Below are positions 49,731-59,448 of a stretch of DNA of 64,000 nucleotides, piece after piece. The stretch is from an uncultured Alphaproteobacteria bacterium (lineage in GTDB: Bacteria; Pseudomonadota; Alphaproteobacteria; Rs-D84). Below the pieces are notes generated by a model, which made no database searches, was not told the DNA's origin, and saw only the letters and a program-made list of their open reading frames with translations. The position numbers and the translations under genes were made by a program. Position 1 is the stretch's first letter. The number at the start of each line of letters is the position of its first letter. Location of the stretch: assembly GCA_944390125.1 (NCBI GenBank), contig CALXOX010000004.1, forward strand, positions 23,875 through 87,874. The letters run 5' to 3'.

Positions 49731-50984
49731 ATGAAAAAAACGTTTTTTGCTTTTGGGTTGATGGCGTGTTTCTGCGCTTCTGCTGCATTTGCTGTTTCTG
49801 CAGGTACAGTTGCCACAGATTCTGTTTCACGCGGTTCTGCATCATATGCAGCGAATGGCACGACCACAAATACTGTAAATCGTGGCTATCAAGGATTGGC
49901 AAATGCCTATGTTCAAAACCAAAGAAACACGTACTATATGGTTACTCAACCTGATGTTGATTCCGCTTGTCGAGAAAAGATCTATAATTGTTTGGCGGAA
50001 TATTGCGGTGATGTAACCGTCGTTCCCGGGCAAAGAACTAATCGCTGTCAGTATGCAACTGAAAGCGAGTTGTATAATTATGCTTTGTTGTGCTTGCAAA
50101 AAGATACTTCTGTATTGCTGCCACAGTACAATACTAATACAAAAACTGGTACAACAGGTATGAATACTGCCGCACGTTTGTGTCCGCCATATGTGCAACA
50201 AGAAGTCATGTCTTATTTATCAATGGCCAATATGGCAGACGAACTATCTAAATCTCACAGTGACTTATGCTTGCAGCGTCGTCAAGAATTAGAAGCTGCT
50301 ATGGCTTGTCATTCAGTTGCATTAGCGTATGGCAATGAAACAACAAGTATGTTGACGACTCAGTTGACCGACGCTTGTGGTGCTGGTGTACCAGGTGGTT
50401 CTGCTGAAATGGTTACTCGTTTCGCGAATGCAGGAAACGTAGGTGCTAATGTTTGGGGCTGGGCGGAAAAGATTTTAAATCTGGACATGAATCAAAAGGG
50501 CGAAGACTGGCAGATGGCAGTTGACTCTGTTTTGGCAAGTTATACAAATCGTATGAATTTGGCGTGTGGTGATAATTTGCAAATAAACACAGCGTCAGCA
50601 TCTACATCTGATTCATCACAACCATCTACTTTGCAGACCGTTGCTGCATTGGCAACGGGCGTAGCGTTTCCAAACACAGCGCCTAATGTTGAAAATCCAT
50701 ATGAAAACCAAAGTTTATATATGGATGTAACGACTATGTCTGAAGTATACGATTACAACGCTGCGTATCAATTAGTGCAGGCTGCAATGAGTAATTCTGC
50801 AACAACACAGAACGCATTTTTAACAACCGCACAATTGAGCAGTATGCAGAATGCTTATATACGTGGCACGAAAGTATTTATTATCCGTGATAGCGCGCGT
50901 TGCTATATAATTCCTGTGCAAACGATGACAACACAAGAAACTAACTTGATTGCTCAAATGTTTGCAAGTTGTATAAGCAAATAG
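49731..50984 (+). CDS. Secreted hypothetical protein (Cys-containing, Thr/Ala/Asn-rich)
   Basis: Signal peptide MKKTFFAFGLMACFCASAAFA; followed by terminator ccgcccatttttgggcgg + T-run (51003-51030). Confidence 0.45.
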   Translation: MKKTFFAFGLMACFCASAAFAVSAGTVATDSVSRGSASYAANGTTTNTVNRGYQGLANAYVQNQRNTYYMVTQPDVDSACREKIYNCLAEYCGDVTVVPGQRTNRCQYATESELYNYALLCLQKDTSVLLPQYNTNTKTGTTGMNTAARLCPPYVQQEVMSYLSMANMADELSKSHSDLCLQRRQELEAAMACHSVALAYGNETTSMLTTQLTDACGAGVPGGSAEMVTRFANAGNVGANVWGWAEKILNLDMNQKGEDWQMAVDSVLASYTNRMNLACGDNLQINTASASTSDSSQPSTLQTVAALATGVAFPNTAPNVENPYENQSLYMDVTTMSEVYDYNAAYQLVQAAMSNSATTQNAFLTTAQLSSMQNAYIRGTKVFIIRDSARCYIIPVQTMTTQETNLIAQMFASCISK

Positions 50985-51077
50985 AAAAAGACTTTCAGAA
51001 TACCGCCCATTTTTGGGCGGTTTTGTTTCCTGCATAACGCTTGAACGAATTTGTTTTTTTTGATATAATATTTCCAA

Positions 51078-52253
51078 ATGCAAATCACTAGACGAACTGT
51101 TTTAAAAGTTACGGGACTTACTGCAACAATAGTTGCTTTGTTGCCTCGTGTGGCGTTTGCTGCACGAAATTCATTACGTACTGTACGAACAGGAATACAG
51201 CCAGGAAACAAAACAAGGCTTGTGATAGAGACTTCTGAACGTCCTTCATATTCATTGTCATATCCGGCTAATCAATTAGTTGTCACACTATCTAATACAT
51301 CTGCGAATACGGCATTGGCGCCTTCAATGGCTGCGGGCACATTGGTCAGGGCTATTACGCAGGCACAAACCGGTGACAAATTACAAATCATCGCTGATTT
51401 GTCGTCGCCTATAAACGAAATTCCTAGAGATGGAATTATGTTATTAAATCCTAATGGGGATAATGGGTATAGGTTGGTGTTGGATTTTGTCGCTGGCAGC
51501 GGCAAATCAACAGCTAAATCTGCGACGGTTGCATCAACTGCAACAACGCAAACACCAAAGAAAACAACGCCGTCACGAAAGTATACAATTGTTATTGATG
51601 CCGGTCATGGTGGTAAAGATCCTGGATGTATAGGTAAGGGCGGAACGCAAGAGAAAACAGTCGTTTTATCGGTTGCCAAAAAGTTAAAGACAAAGTTAGA
51701 TGCAGTTGGCTTTCAAACCTATCTGACGCGCAGCAACGATACGTATTTAAAGTTGGCACAACGCGCGTCTATTGGGGAAAAGAAACATGCAGATTTATTC
51801 TTGTCTTTACATGCAAACGCCAACCCTAGTCGCGCGATGCAAGGTTTTTCAATTTATACGTTGTCTGAGAAAGCGTCTGACGAAGAAGCACAAAAGTTGG
51901 CCGATGCGGAAAATGCTGCAGATAAAATTGATGTTAGCGGATTTGAACAGTTCGACAAAGATATAAGAATAGCACTTTCTGCTTTACAACAACACGCAGT
52001 GGCGGCTATGTCTGTAGAATATGCGAACGGTTGCGCCTCACAATTTAAACGTGCAAAGATAACTCAACAGCCTGGACCAGATGTACGTCATGCTCCTTTT
52101 GCGGTACTACGTTCCACTGTTCCCGGGGCTTTGATAGAACTAGGACATTTGTCAAATGCTGCCGAGGAAAAACTATTAAAATCATCTGCGCATCAAGACA
52201 AATTGGTCGCTGCTATTGTAAAATCTGTTCAGTCATATAATTTTGATGTTTAG
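51078..52253 (+). CDS. amiC: N-acetylmuramoyl-L-alanine amidase (AmiC-like: Tat signal, AMIN domain, Amidase_3)
   Basis: Twin-arginine motif RRTVLK, AMIN-like N-terminal domain, catalytic region IVIDAGHGGKDPG ... SLHANA. Confidence 0.75.
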   Translation: MQITRRTVLKVTGLTATIVALLPRVAFAARNSLRTVRTGIQPGNKTRLVIETSERPSYSLSYPANQLVVTLSNTSANTALAPSMAAGTLVRAITQAQTGDKLQIIADLSSPINEIPRDGIMLLNPNGDNGYRLVLDFVAGSGKSTAKSATVASTATTQTPKKTTPSRKYTIVIDAGHGGKDPGCIGKGGTQEKTVVLSVAKKLKTKLDAVGFQTYLTRSNDTYLKLAQRASIGEKKHADLFLSLHANANPSRAMQGFSIYTLSEKASDEEAQKLADAENAADKIDVSGFEQFDKDIRIALSALQQHAVAAMSVEYANGCASQFKRAKITQQPGPDVRHAPFAVLRSTVPGALIELGHLSNAAEEKLLKSSAHQDKLVAAIVKSVQSYNFDV

Positions 52254-52386
52254 AAATTTATTCTTGGGATTAGCTAAGATAACATTCGGTATAAAGAGGC
52301 TTGAAAAAAGCTATAATTCTTTGTACCATACAGACGCCAGAAGTTATTGAACATCTGGGCATAGATATTATTTACAGGGTAGGCAC

Positions 52387-53538
52387 ATGGGCAAAAATAT
52401 AGAATTAGCAATAGTTACGATTATGAAAAATGAAGCGCCATACGTTAAGGAATGGCTGGACTTTCATATTCTTGTTGGAGTACAAAAATTCTATATCTAT
52501 GACAATGAAAGCGAAGATAATTTAAAAGAAATTCTTGAGCCATATATTGCGAAAGGTGTTGTAGAATATACATTCTTTCCGGGACAAGAGAGGCAGATGC
52601 CGGCCTATAACGACTGCGTACGTAAACACCGCGATGAAGTTGAATGGTTGGCTGTCATTGATGCGGACGAATTCATAGTTCCCGTTCAGACGCATACTAT
52701 ACAAGAAACGCTAAAGGATTATAAAGACTATCCTGGTGTCGGTATAAACTGGGTTATGTATGATTGTAACGGCCACATAAAGAAACCAGCAGGCGGAGTG
52801 TTGGAAAATTACGCAAGGTGCCGCAGACAATACAGAAATCAATTATCTACCCATATAAAAAGTATAGTTCAACCGTCAAAAGTAGTAGAATTTATAAATC
52901 CACATTATGCAATTTATGAAAACGAAGCTCTGGCAGTGGACGAGAATAAAAAGCCTATTGATGGATCTGGGCGCGGATTTGCTTTTACTGACATAGCATC
53001 CATAAAGAAATTGCGCATAAATCATTATTGGTCAAAATCATATGAGGAGACGCTTCAAAAGATAGAACGTGGTAATGCAGATTCTGTAAAGAAGCGTAAA
53101 TTAGAAGAATGTAAAAACTTGTATAATATTAAAGATTACACGTATGACTATAATATGTACAAGTACGTAGCTAGACTACAGGGACATTTCGTAAAAGAAT
53201 TCATGAAATATTTGTATTACAAATACTTGGCTTTGTTTTATGACAATAAGAAAACAAAAGCATACAAGACTATTCAACGTTCTGGCTATTTTGATAAAAA
53301 ATGGTATACAGAGCAATACCCAGAAGTTAAAGATTTTGGCATTGATCCGATAGAGCATTATTTACAAGAAGGCTGGAAAAAGGGTTATGCGCCCAGTGAG
53401 CGCTTTGATTCTAATCTGTATTTAGAAAACAATCCCGACGTTAAAGCCGCGAAAGTAAATCCTCTTATCCACTACGTAGAGCATGGTAAAAAAGAAGGAA
53501 GAAAAGCATTTAAAATTATCCAGCAAACTAATGAATAA
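52387..53538 (+). CDS. Glycosyltransferase (GT2/GT92-like) with C-terminal repeated YxxxYP/DP motifs
   Basis: N-terminal IMKNEAPYVKEWLDFH...YIYDNESED and AVIDADEF (DxD) motifs; C-terminal repeats YFDKKWYTEQYPEV / YLENNPDV. Confidence 0.45.
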   Translation: MGKNIELAIVTIMKNEAPYVKEWLDFHILVGVQKFYIYDNESEDNLKEILEPYIAKGVVEYTFFPGQERQMPAYNDCVRKHRDEVEWLAVIDADEFIVPVQTHTIQETLKDYKDYPGVGINWVMYDCNGHIKKPAGGVLENYARCRRQYRNQLSTHIKSIVQPSKVVEFINPHYAIYENEALAVDENKKPIDGSGRGFAFTDIASIKKLRINHYWSKSYEETLQKIERGNADSVKKRKLEECKNLYNIKDYTYDYNMYKYVARLQGHFVKEFMKYLYYKYLALFYDNKKTKAYKTIQRSGYFDKKWYTEQYPEVKDFGIDPIEHYLQEGWKKGYAPSERFDSNLYLENNPDVKAAKVNPLIHYVEHGKKEGRKAFKIIQQTNE

Positions 53539-53553
53539 CTGGATGTAAAAAAC

Positions 53554-53643
53554 TGGCGGAGACGAAGGGATTCGAACCCTTGATACGGTTGCCCGTATAC
53601 ACGATTTCGAGTCGCGCGCATTCGACCACTCTGCCACGTCTCC
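53554..53643 (-). tRNA. tRNA-Ser (anticodon CGA)
   Basis: 90 nt, GGAGACG acceptor, anticodon loop CTCGAAA, long variable arm, T-arm GGTTCGAATCC, CCA encoded. Confidence 0.8.
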
Positions 53644-53731
53644 GACGTGGTGTTCATTATACTGGTTCACTACACTTTTGCAAGGGGTTTGTGTTTGACT
53701 TTGTTTCTCAAAAGAATAAAATAACGACACT

Positions 53732-54073
53732 ATGAAAAGTTTTAATGAACAAGTTTATGATATTGTTGCCCGCATACCGGCAGGACGGGTTGCTACGTTC
53801 GGTCAAATTGCGCGAATGATTGGTCGCCCTAGAATGGCGCGTTTTGTCGGGTACGCTTCAAACAACAAAAATAGTTGGCACCTGCCATGGCATAGAGTGG
53901 TTTTTAAAGATGGAACTTTATGTTCTGGGATGTTTGAAGAACAATATAGGTTGCTAAAGTCTGAAGGTGTAAAATTCGACAGAGAGAAAAAAGTAAAAAT
54001 GGATGAATATCAGTGGGATCCAGAACGTGATGCTGTGCCAATGGATATCAGGGATTTCCCATTAGTTTTTTAG
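53732..54073 (+). CDS. atl: Alkyltransferase-like protein (Atl/YbaZ; MGMT DNA-binding domain lacking the active-site Cys)
   Basis: 113 aa; PWHRVV replaces the PCHRV alkyl-acceptor motif (Trp in place of Cys), the hallmark of ATL proteins. Confidence 0.65.
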   Translation: MKSFNEQVYDIVARIPAGRVATFGQIARMIGRPRMARFVGYASNNKNSWHLPWHRVVFKDGTLCSGMFEEQYRLLKSEGVKFDREKKVKMDEYQWDPERDAVPMDIRDFPLVF

Positions 54074-54082
54074 AAAGAAAAA

Positions 54083-54106
54083 CGGGGCATTGCCCCGAGT
54101 TTTTTT
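54083..54106. terminator. Bidirectional terminator between convergent atl and prx
   Basis: cggggcattgccccg hairpin flanked by T-runs on both strands. Confidence 0.6.
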
Positions 54107-54110
54107 ATTT

Positions 54111-54833
54111 TTATTTTTTTGAGTTCGGTCTCTTATGGAGTTTTTCTGTAATTTCTTTTTCAGATAATTTCTTTAGTGTTAAAAACCAAGATTTAACATC
54201 TATATTTTTATCAGTACCAGACAGCCGTTTCTTCATTTCTTGTGTTGTTGATGGTGCAGAAACAACGACTTCTTCGCCAGGCAGCCAATCTGCGGGTGTT
54301 GCAACGCCAAAAGCGTCTGTTGTTTGTAATGCTATCAAAGTACGTTTTATTTCATCAAAATTTCTGCCTGTCGTTAGAGGATAGTATAAAATGGCTCTTA
54401 TGATTCCATGAGGGTCTATAAAAAACACTGCGCGGACAGTTTTATTGTTAGACGAATGGCTGTGAATCATGCCGTATTTTTTTGAAACTTCCATATTCAT
54501 GTCATCAATGATAGGAAAGGTAATATCCATATCAGACCAATCTCGGTATTTCAGTTTTTTTATTGCCTCTATCCATGCCAAGTGTCCGGTCAGGGTCCCT
54601 ACAGACAAACCGATTATTTCTGTATTTAAGTCATTGAATTCCTTTATCATAGATTGAAACGTCATAAATTCCGTCGTGCATACCGGAGTAAAATCGGCAG
54701 GATGTGAAAAAAGAATGACCCATTTGCCAGTATAATCAGACGGAAATTTTATTGTGCCATTCGTCGTGTTTGCTACAAATTCTGGAGCAACATCTCCTAT
54801 CAAAGGCATTTGAAAAGCATTTTCTTCTTGCAT
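54111..54833 (-). CDS. 1-Cys peroxiredoxin (Prx6-like)
   Basis: Peroxidatic Cys motif FTPVCTTE, thioredoxin fold, ~240 aa with C-terminal extension. Confidence 0.75.
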   Translation of the reverse strand: MQEENAFQMPLIGDVAPEFVANTTNGTIKFPSDYTGKWVILFSHPADFTPVCTTEFMTFQSMIKEFNDLNTEIIGLSVGTLTGHLAWIEAIKKLKYRDWSDMDITFPIIDDMNMEVSKKYGMIHSHSSNNKTVRAVFFIDPHGIIRAILYYPLTTGRNFDEIKRTLIALQTTDAFGVATPADWLPGEEVVVSAPSTTQEMKKRLSGTDKNIDVKSWFLTLKKLSEKEITEKLHKRPNSKK

Positions 54834-54990
54834 ATTTTTCTCCTTTTATTCGTGCAAAGGAATTATACCAACAGAAGAAAAGCAAGATAATAGGCAGATA
54901 ATCTTTGAGATTGTATGTATAAAAACTTTGTTCTTGATAAAATCTTATAAGAAATCAATAATAAGTTCCAAACGAAAAGGGAAAAGAAAA

Positions 54991-55272
54991 ATGAAACGTT
55001 CGGATATCGTACGCTCTATACAGGTTCAATTCAAACATATGCGTGCAGCGGATGCGGCAGCTATACTTGATACGGTTGCAGATCAGATGATTGAGTCGGT
55101 TGCAAATGGTGACAGAATAGAAGTTCGTGGTTTTGGCACATTTCAACCTCGTGCACGTGCAACAAAAATTGGATATAATCCATGCACTGGGCAACCTATG
55201 CACTTAGATGCTAGTACAACTATATTATTTAAACCCAGTCGTGAACTAACAAAAAAAATGAACGAGCAATAA
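54991..55272 (+). CDS. ihfB: Integration host factor/HU-family DNA-binding protein (IHF beta-like)
   Basis: Start at MKRSDIVRS (RBS aaagggaaaag); arm motif RGFGTFQPRARATKIGYNPCTGQP. Confidence 0.65.
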   Translation: MKRSDIVRSIQVQFKHMRAADAAAILDTVADQMIESVANGDRIEVRGFGTFQPRARATKIGYNPCTGQPMHLDASTTILFKPSRELTKKMNEQ

Positions 55273-55273
55273 A

Positions 55274-57016
55274 ATGTTATTTGGTAAAAGAACAGGTATT
55301 AAAAATCATAATCGTGAACGTTATGATCGTATTCGCCGCCTGATGTGGATAAAGTGCGAATCTTGTGGTCGTTTGGTTTATTATAAAGATTATAAAACCA
55401 ATCATTACATTTGCCCACGTTGTGGCAGAGCATTTATCATGACACCTAAACAGCGTTTTGATTTATTGTTTGATAATAATGAATGGAACAGAATTGCACT
55501 GCCTGTTGTGTCAGATGACCCATTAAAATTTGTTGACAGAAAGGCATATAAAGACAGATTAGTAGAAGCACGAGCTGATACAGGTTATAATGATGCTATA
55601 ACAACAGCAGACGGAGTTATTGGCGGCATTCCGACAACGATATGTGTATTGAATGGTGACTTTATGCTGGGCTCTATGGGGCGCGCAGCAGGCGATGGTA
55701 TTGTTGCCAGTATGGAACATGCAATTGAGACAAAACAACCATTCATAATGGTTACTTGCAGTGGTGGTGCTCGCATGCAGGAAAATATATTATCTTTAAT
55801 GCAAATGGCGCGTACAACAGTTGCTGTAAATAAACTGCACGAAAATGGTATTCCATATATTGTGTTGCTGACCGATCCTACATTCGGTGGTGTAACAGCA
55901 TCTTTCGCAATGCTTGGCGATATTCATATTGCTGAAAAAGGTGCGCGTATAGGATTTGCAGGGAAACGAGTAATAGAACAGAATATACGTGAAAAATTGC
56001 CTTCTGATTTCCAAACGGCAGAATATTTGTATGAACACGGAATGGTAGACATGGTTGTACCACGTGCCGAGTTAAAGGGTAAATTGGAAAACATATTAAA
56101 GGTACTAACAAAGCAACCTCATACACCGCATGCTATTACGGTTACAACGCCTGCATCTGATAACAAAAAAGTTCGTGGCATGGGTGAAAACGAAGCGTAT
56201 GATAAAGTTTTATTAGCAAGAAACGAAAATCGCCCCCATTTTTTGGATTATATCAACGGTATTGTGGAAGATTGGACATATCTTGCTGGTGACAGATTGT
56301 TTGGTGAAGATCCAGCAATGTGTGGTGGTATAGGGTATTGGCGCGATATTCCTGCCGTTATTATCGGCCAGGAAAAAGGGCGGACAATTGAAACTCGTCA
56401 GCTTCATCGATTTGGTATGCCAAATCCAGAAGGCTATCGCAAAGCTCAGCGTTTAATGCGTTTAGCAGAAAAATTTAAATTACCGCTGATATCTTTGTTT
56501 GACACAGCTGGGGCATTTGCGGGCAGCGCCGCCGAAGAACGCGGTCAGTCTCAAGCAATTGCATCTTCTATTGCGACAGGATTGAGCATAAAGACTCCGT
56601 ATGTTGCAGTAAACGTTGGTGAAGGTGGCAGTGGCGGTGCAATAGCAATAGGAACTGGCGACAAAGTTCTGATGTTGGAAAATACGATTTATTCAGTTAT
56701 TGCCCCAGAATCTTGCGCAAGTATTTTGTGGAAAGATAATAAATACAAAGCGGTTGCAGCGGAAGCAATGAAATTGACTGCACGCGATATGGCAAACCTG
56801 AATGTTATTGACCAAATTGTGGACGAACCAGCAGGGGGGGCACACACAGATTGGCAGACTACTATGGAATTACTAGCAAATGCAGTTTCTGAACAGATTG
56901 AAGATTTGCAAAAGGTTCCGGTGGAAAGCTTGCCGGCACGTCGTGCGGAAAAATTTCTGGCTATGACAAGAGACGTTGAAATATGCCAGCCAGAACATGA
57001 TTCTGAAGACAAATAA
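55274..57016 (+). CDS. accD-accA: Acetyl-CoA carboxylase carboxyltransferase, fused beta (AccD) + alpha (AccA) subunits
   Basis: N-terminal AccD zinc ribbon CESCG...CPRCG and carboxyltransferase domain. From ~aa 300 onward, AccA-type sequence GRTIETRQLHRFGMPNPEGYRKAQRLMRLAEKFKLPLISLFDTAGAFAG...VGEGGSGGAIAIG. Single 580-aa ORF. Confidence 0.75.
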   Translation: MLFGKRTGIKNHNRERYDRIRRLMWIKCESCGRLVYYKDYKTNHYICPRCGRAFIMTPKQRFDLLFDNNEWNRIALPVVSDDPLKFVDRKAYKDRLVEARADTGYNDAITTADGVIGGIPTTICVLNGDFMLGSMGRAAGDGIVASMEHAIETKQPFIMVTCSGGARMQENILSLMQMARTTVAVNKLHENGIPYIVLLTDPTFGGVTASFAMLGDIHIAEKGARIGFAGKRVIEQNIREKLPSDFQTAEYLYEHGMVDMVVPRAELKGKLENILKVLTKQPHTPHAITVTTPASDNKKVRGMGENEAYDKVLLARNENRPHFLDYINGIVEDWTYLAGDRLFGEDPAMCGGIGYWRDIPAVIIGQEKGRTIETRQLHRFGMPNPEGYRKAQRLMRLAEKFKLPLISLFDTAGAFAGSAAEERGQSQAIASSIATGLSIKTPYVAVNVGEGGSGGAIAIGTGDKVLMLENTIYSVIAPESCASILWKDNKYKAVAAEAMKLTARDMANLNVIDQIVDEPAGGAHTDWQTTMELLANAVSEQIEDLQKVPVESLPARRAEKFLAMTRDVEICQPEHDSEDK

Positions 57017-57065
57017 TTTAAAGCGCCCGTAAATTCGGGCGTTTTAAAATTATATATTTTCCGGC

Positions 57066-57094
57066 TTGCAATTAAAAAACGAATTCTGTATAAT
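57066..57094 (+). promoter_or_regulatory. Sigma70-type promoter for tRNA-Ser (TTGCAA-17-TATAAT)
   Basis: Consensus-like hexamers 19 nt upstream of the tRNA 5' end. Confidence 0.5.
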
Positions 57095-57112
57095 GTGCGA
57101 CGCAACCACGAC

Positions 57113-57201
57113 GGAGCGTTGGCAGAGTGGTAATGCAGCGGATTGCTAATCCGTGACCGTGTTATAGCGGTCCATAGGTTCGAGTCCTATACGCTCCGCC
57201 A
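57113..57201 (+). tRNA. tRNA-Ser (anticodon GCT)
   Basis: 89 nt, GGAGCGT acceptor, anticodon loop TTGCTAA, long variable arm, T-arm GGTTCGAGTCC, CCA encoded. Confidence 0.8.
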
Positions 57202-57288
57202 GTTTGTGTTTTTCAAAAAAATGACAATAAGATTTATAAATTTTTACTGTTGTCGCTAATTCGCTTTTTTCTAAGCAGACGTTTTTGT

Positions 57289-57317
57289 TTGCAATACTTT
57301 CCGTATTTAACTATCAT
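57289..57317 (+). promoter_or_regulatory. Putative promoter for cysS (TTGCAA-17-TATCAT)
   Basis: Hexamers ~20-25 nt upstream of the cysS start. Confidence 0.4.
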
Positions 57318-57337
57318 TCAAACATCATACAAAGGAA

Positions 57338-58771
57338 GTGCATATGACGATTAGATTATTTAATACAATGTCCAGAAAAATCGAAGAATTTAAACCTTTA
57401 GTTCCAGGTAAAATGGGCTTTTATTCTTGTGGTCCAACAGTTTATCATTATGCACACATTGGTAATTTACGTACGATGATTCACAACGATATATTAAAGC
57501 GTATGTTTATTGAAAATGGTTATGACGTACATCATGTTATGAATATTACAGACGTGGGGCACTTGACAAGTGATGATGCTGATAGCGGTGACGACAAGAT
57601 GGAAAAGGGCGCTGCTCGAGATCACAAATCTGTTTGGGATATTGCGAAGTTTTATACAGACGAATTTTTACGTGATTATGATGATTTAAACATAATACGT
57701 CCGACAGATATGCCGCGCGCAACAGATTATATTTCCGAACAAATAGATTTGGTAAAAAAGCTAGAAGAGCTAGGGTTTACATACGAAATACCGGGCGATG
57801 GGATTTACTATGACACCAGTAAGTTTGCTGCATACGGGCAGCTGACTGGTGGCACTCTGACAGGCAATCGTGCGGGTGCGCGCGTAGAATATAACTCGGG
57901 AAAAAGAAATCCGACAGATTTTGCATTGTGGAAGTTTTCTCCGAAAGATGAAAAACGTCAGATGGAATGGGACAGCCCTTGGGGAATTGGTTTCCCTGGT
58001 TGGCACGCAGAATGCAGCGCAATGAGTATGAAATTGCTTGGTAATCACTTTGATATTCATACTGGTGGCGAAGATTTGTCCAGAATTCATCACACAAATG
58101 AAATAGCACAATCTGAACCGATAACGGGTGCACCGTGGGTCAGTTATTGGGTTCATTTTAGTTTCTTAGTTGATAAATCTGGCGAAAAAATGAGCAAATC
58201 CAAGGGAGAATTTCTTGGATTAGAAGCTGTACGTAAACGTGGTTATGACACAATGGTATATAGATATTTGATATTATTGGGTCATTACCAGACGCAGCTG
58301 GCATTTTCTTGGGAAGCAATGGATGCGGCATCTGCGGGCTATAAAAATATTGTGCGCCGCGTTGCTGAAATATTGAGCAATCCAGCGCCAGGTGAATTTT
58401 CACAATCAGAATTCAACATTTGGCATGACAAAATTCTGGCACCTGTTTCCGATAATATGAAGACTGCGGAAGCCATTGTTCAGGTTCAAGAAATGCTAAG
58501 AGATTCCAATATAAACGCATCTACTAAAATCGCTTTATTTGAATTTATTGACCGCTTATTGGGCTTACAGTTTATAGACAGAGCAAAAAAATTAAATGAT
58601 TTGGAATCTGAAACGGCGCCTGCAGAAATTTTGGCACTGGCAGCGGCACGTACGACAGCCAAGAATGAAAAAAATTGGGCTCGTGCGGATGAGCTTCGCG
58701 CTCAAATAGATGCAGCTGGTTGGACAGTAGTTGATACAAAAGATGGTGCAAAACTAGTAAAAAAAGCCTAG
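57338..58771 (+). CDS. cysS: Cysteine--tRNA ligase
   Basis: HIGH motif (YHYAHIGN), KMSKS motif present; N-terminal Zn ligand Cys (CGPTVY), class I fold; 477 aa. Confidence 0.85.
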   Translation: MHMTIRLFNTMSRKIEEFKPLVPGKMGFYSCGPTVYHYAHIGNLRTMIHNDILKRMFIENGYDVHHVMNITDVGHLTSDDADSGDDKMEKGAARDHKSVWDIAKFYTDEFLRDYDDLNIIRPTDMPRATDYISEQIDLVKKLEELGFTYEIPGDGIYYDTSKFAAYGQLTGGTLTGNRAGARVEYNSGKRNPTDFALWKFSPKDEKRQMEWDSPWGIGFPGWHAECSAMSMKLLGNHFDIHTGGEDLSRIHHTNEIAQSEPITGAPWVSYWVHFSFLVDKSGEKMSKSKGEFLGLEAVRKRGYDTMVYRYLILLGHYQTQLAFSWEAMDAASAGYKNIVRRVAEILSNPAPGEFSQSEFNIWHDKILAPVSDNMKTAEAIVQVQEMLRDSNINASTKIALFEFIDRLLGLQFIDRAKKLNDLESETAPAEILALAAARTTAKNEKNWARADELRAQIDAAGWTVVDTKDGAKLVKKA

Positions 58772-58897
58772 TTTGGTAGCCAAAACAAAAAAAACGCCCC
58801 CAAGATTTTCATCTTGGGGTGCAAATTTGTATAAAAAGGGCTTGAAATTAGGGGCATTTTAGTGTATATTGCACCCCAGCAACAAGAGGAACGTTCT

Positions 58898-59422
58898 ATG
58901 AATTACCCATATATGCCAAAGTCCACAGCTTTGTGGCTGATAGAGAACACGTCTTTGACGTTTGAACAGATTGCAGATTTTTGCGGTTTACACGAATTGG
59001 AAGTAAAAAACATTGCTGACGCAGAAACTTCAAAAATTCAGGGTTTGAATCCTATCTTGAACGGTCAATTGACACGTGAAGATATCGAACGTTGTGAAGC
59101 CGACCCTGATGCACGTTTGGAATTGCGTGAAGAAATTGTAAACGCACAAAAAGCCCAGAATAAGAAGGGTGTTGGTTATACCCCTAAGTTACATCGTCAG
59201 AACCGTCTGGGCGGTATATTGTGGATTATAAAGAACTATCCTGAATTGTCAGATGGTCAGGTTGCCCGCCTTATGCGCAGCACAAATCCGACCGTTGCAT
59301 CAGTCAGAAATAAGACACACAAATCATATTCGCTGATTCAAATTCAAAGTCCAATTGTTCTGGGGCTGGTATCTGAATCTGCATTACATGATGCAGTTGC
59401 CAAAGCAAGAAAACAGAAATAA
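58898..59422 (+). CDS. DUF1013 family protein (TrcR-like cell-cycle transcriptional regulator of alphaproteobacteria)
   Basis: Start at MNYPYMPK (RBS aagagga); signature YMPKSTALWLIENTSLTFEQIADFCGLH. Confidence 0.55.
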   Translation: MNYPYMPKSTALWLIENTSLTFEQIADFCGLHELEVKNIADAETSKIQGLNPILNGQLTREDIERCEADPDARLELREEIVNAQKAQNKKGVGYTPKLHRQNRLGGILWIIKNYPELSDGQVARLMRSTNPTVASVRNKTHKSYSLIQIQSPIVLGLVSESALHDAVAKARKQK

Positions 59423-59448
59423 CTTAAACTAAACGGGAAGGTTTGTTT

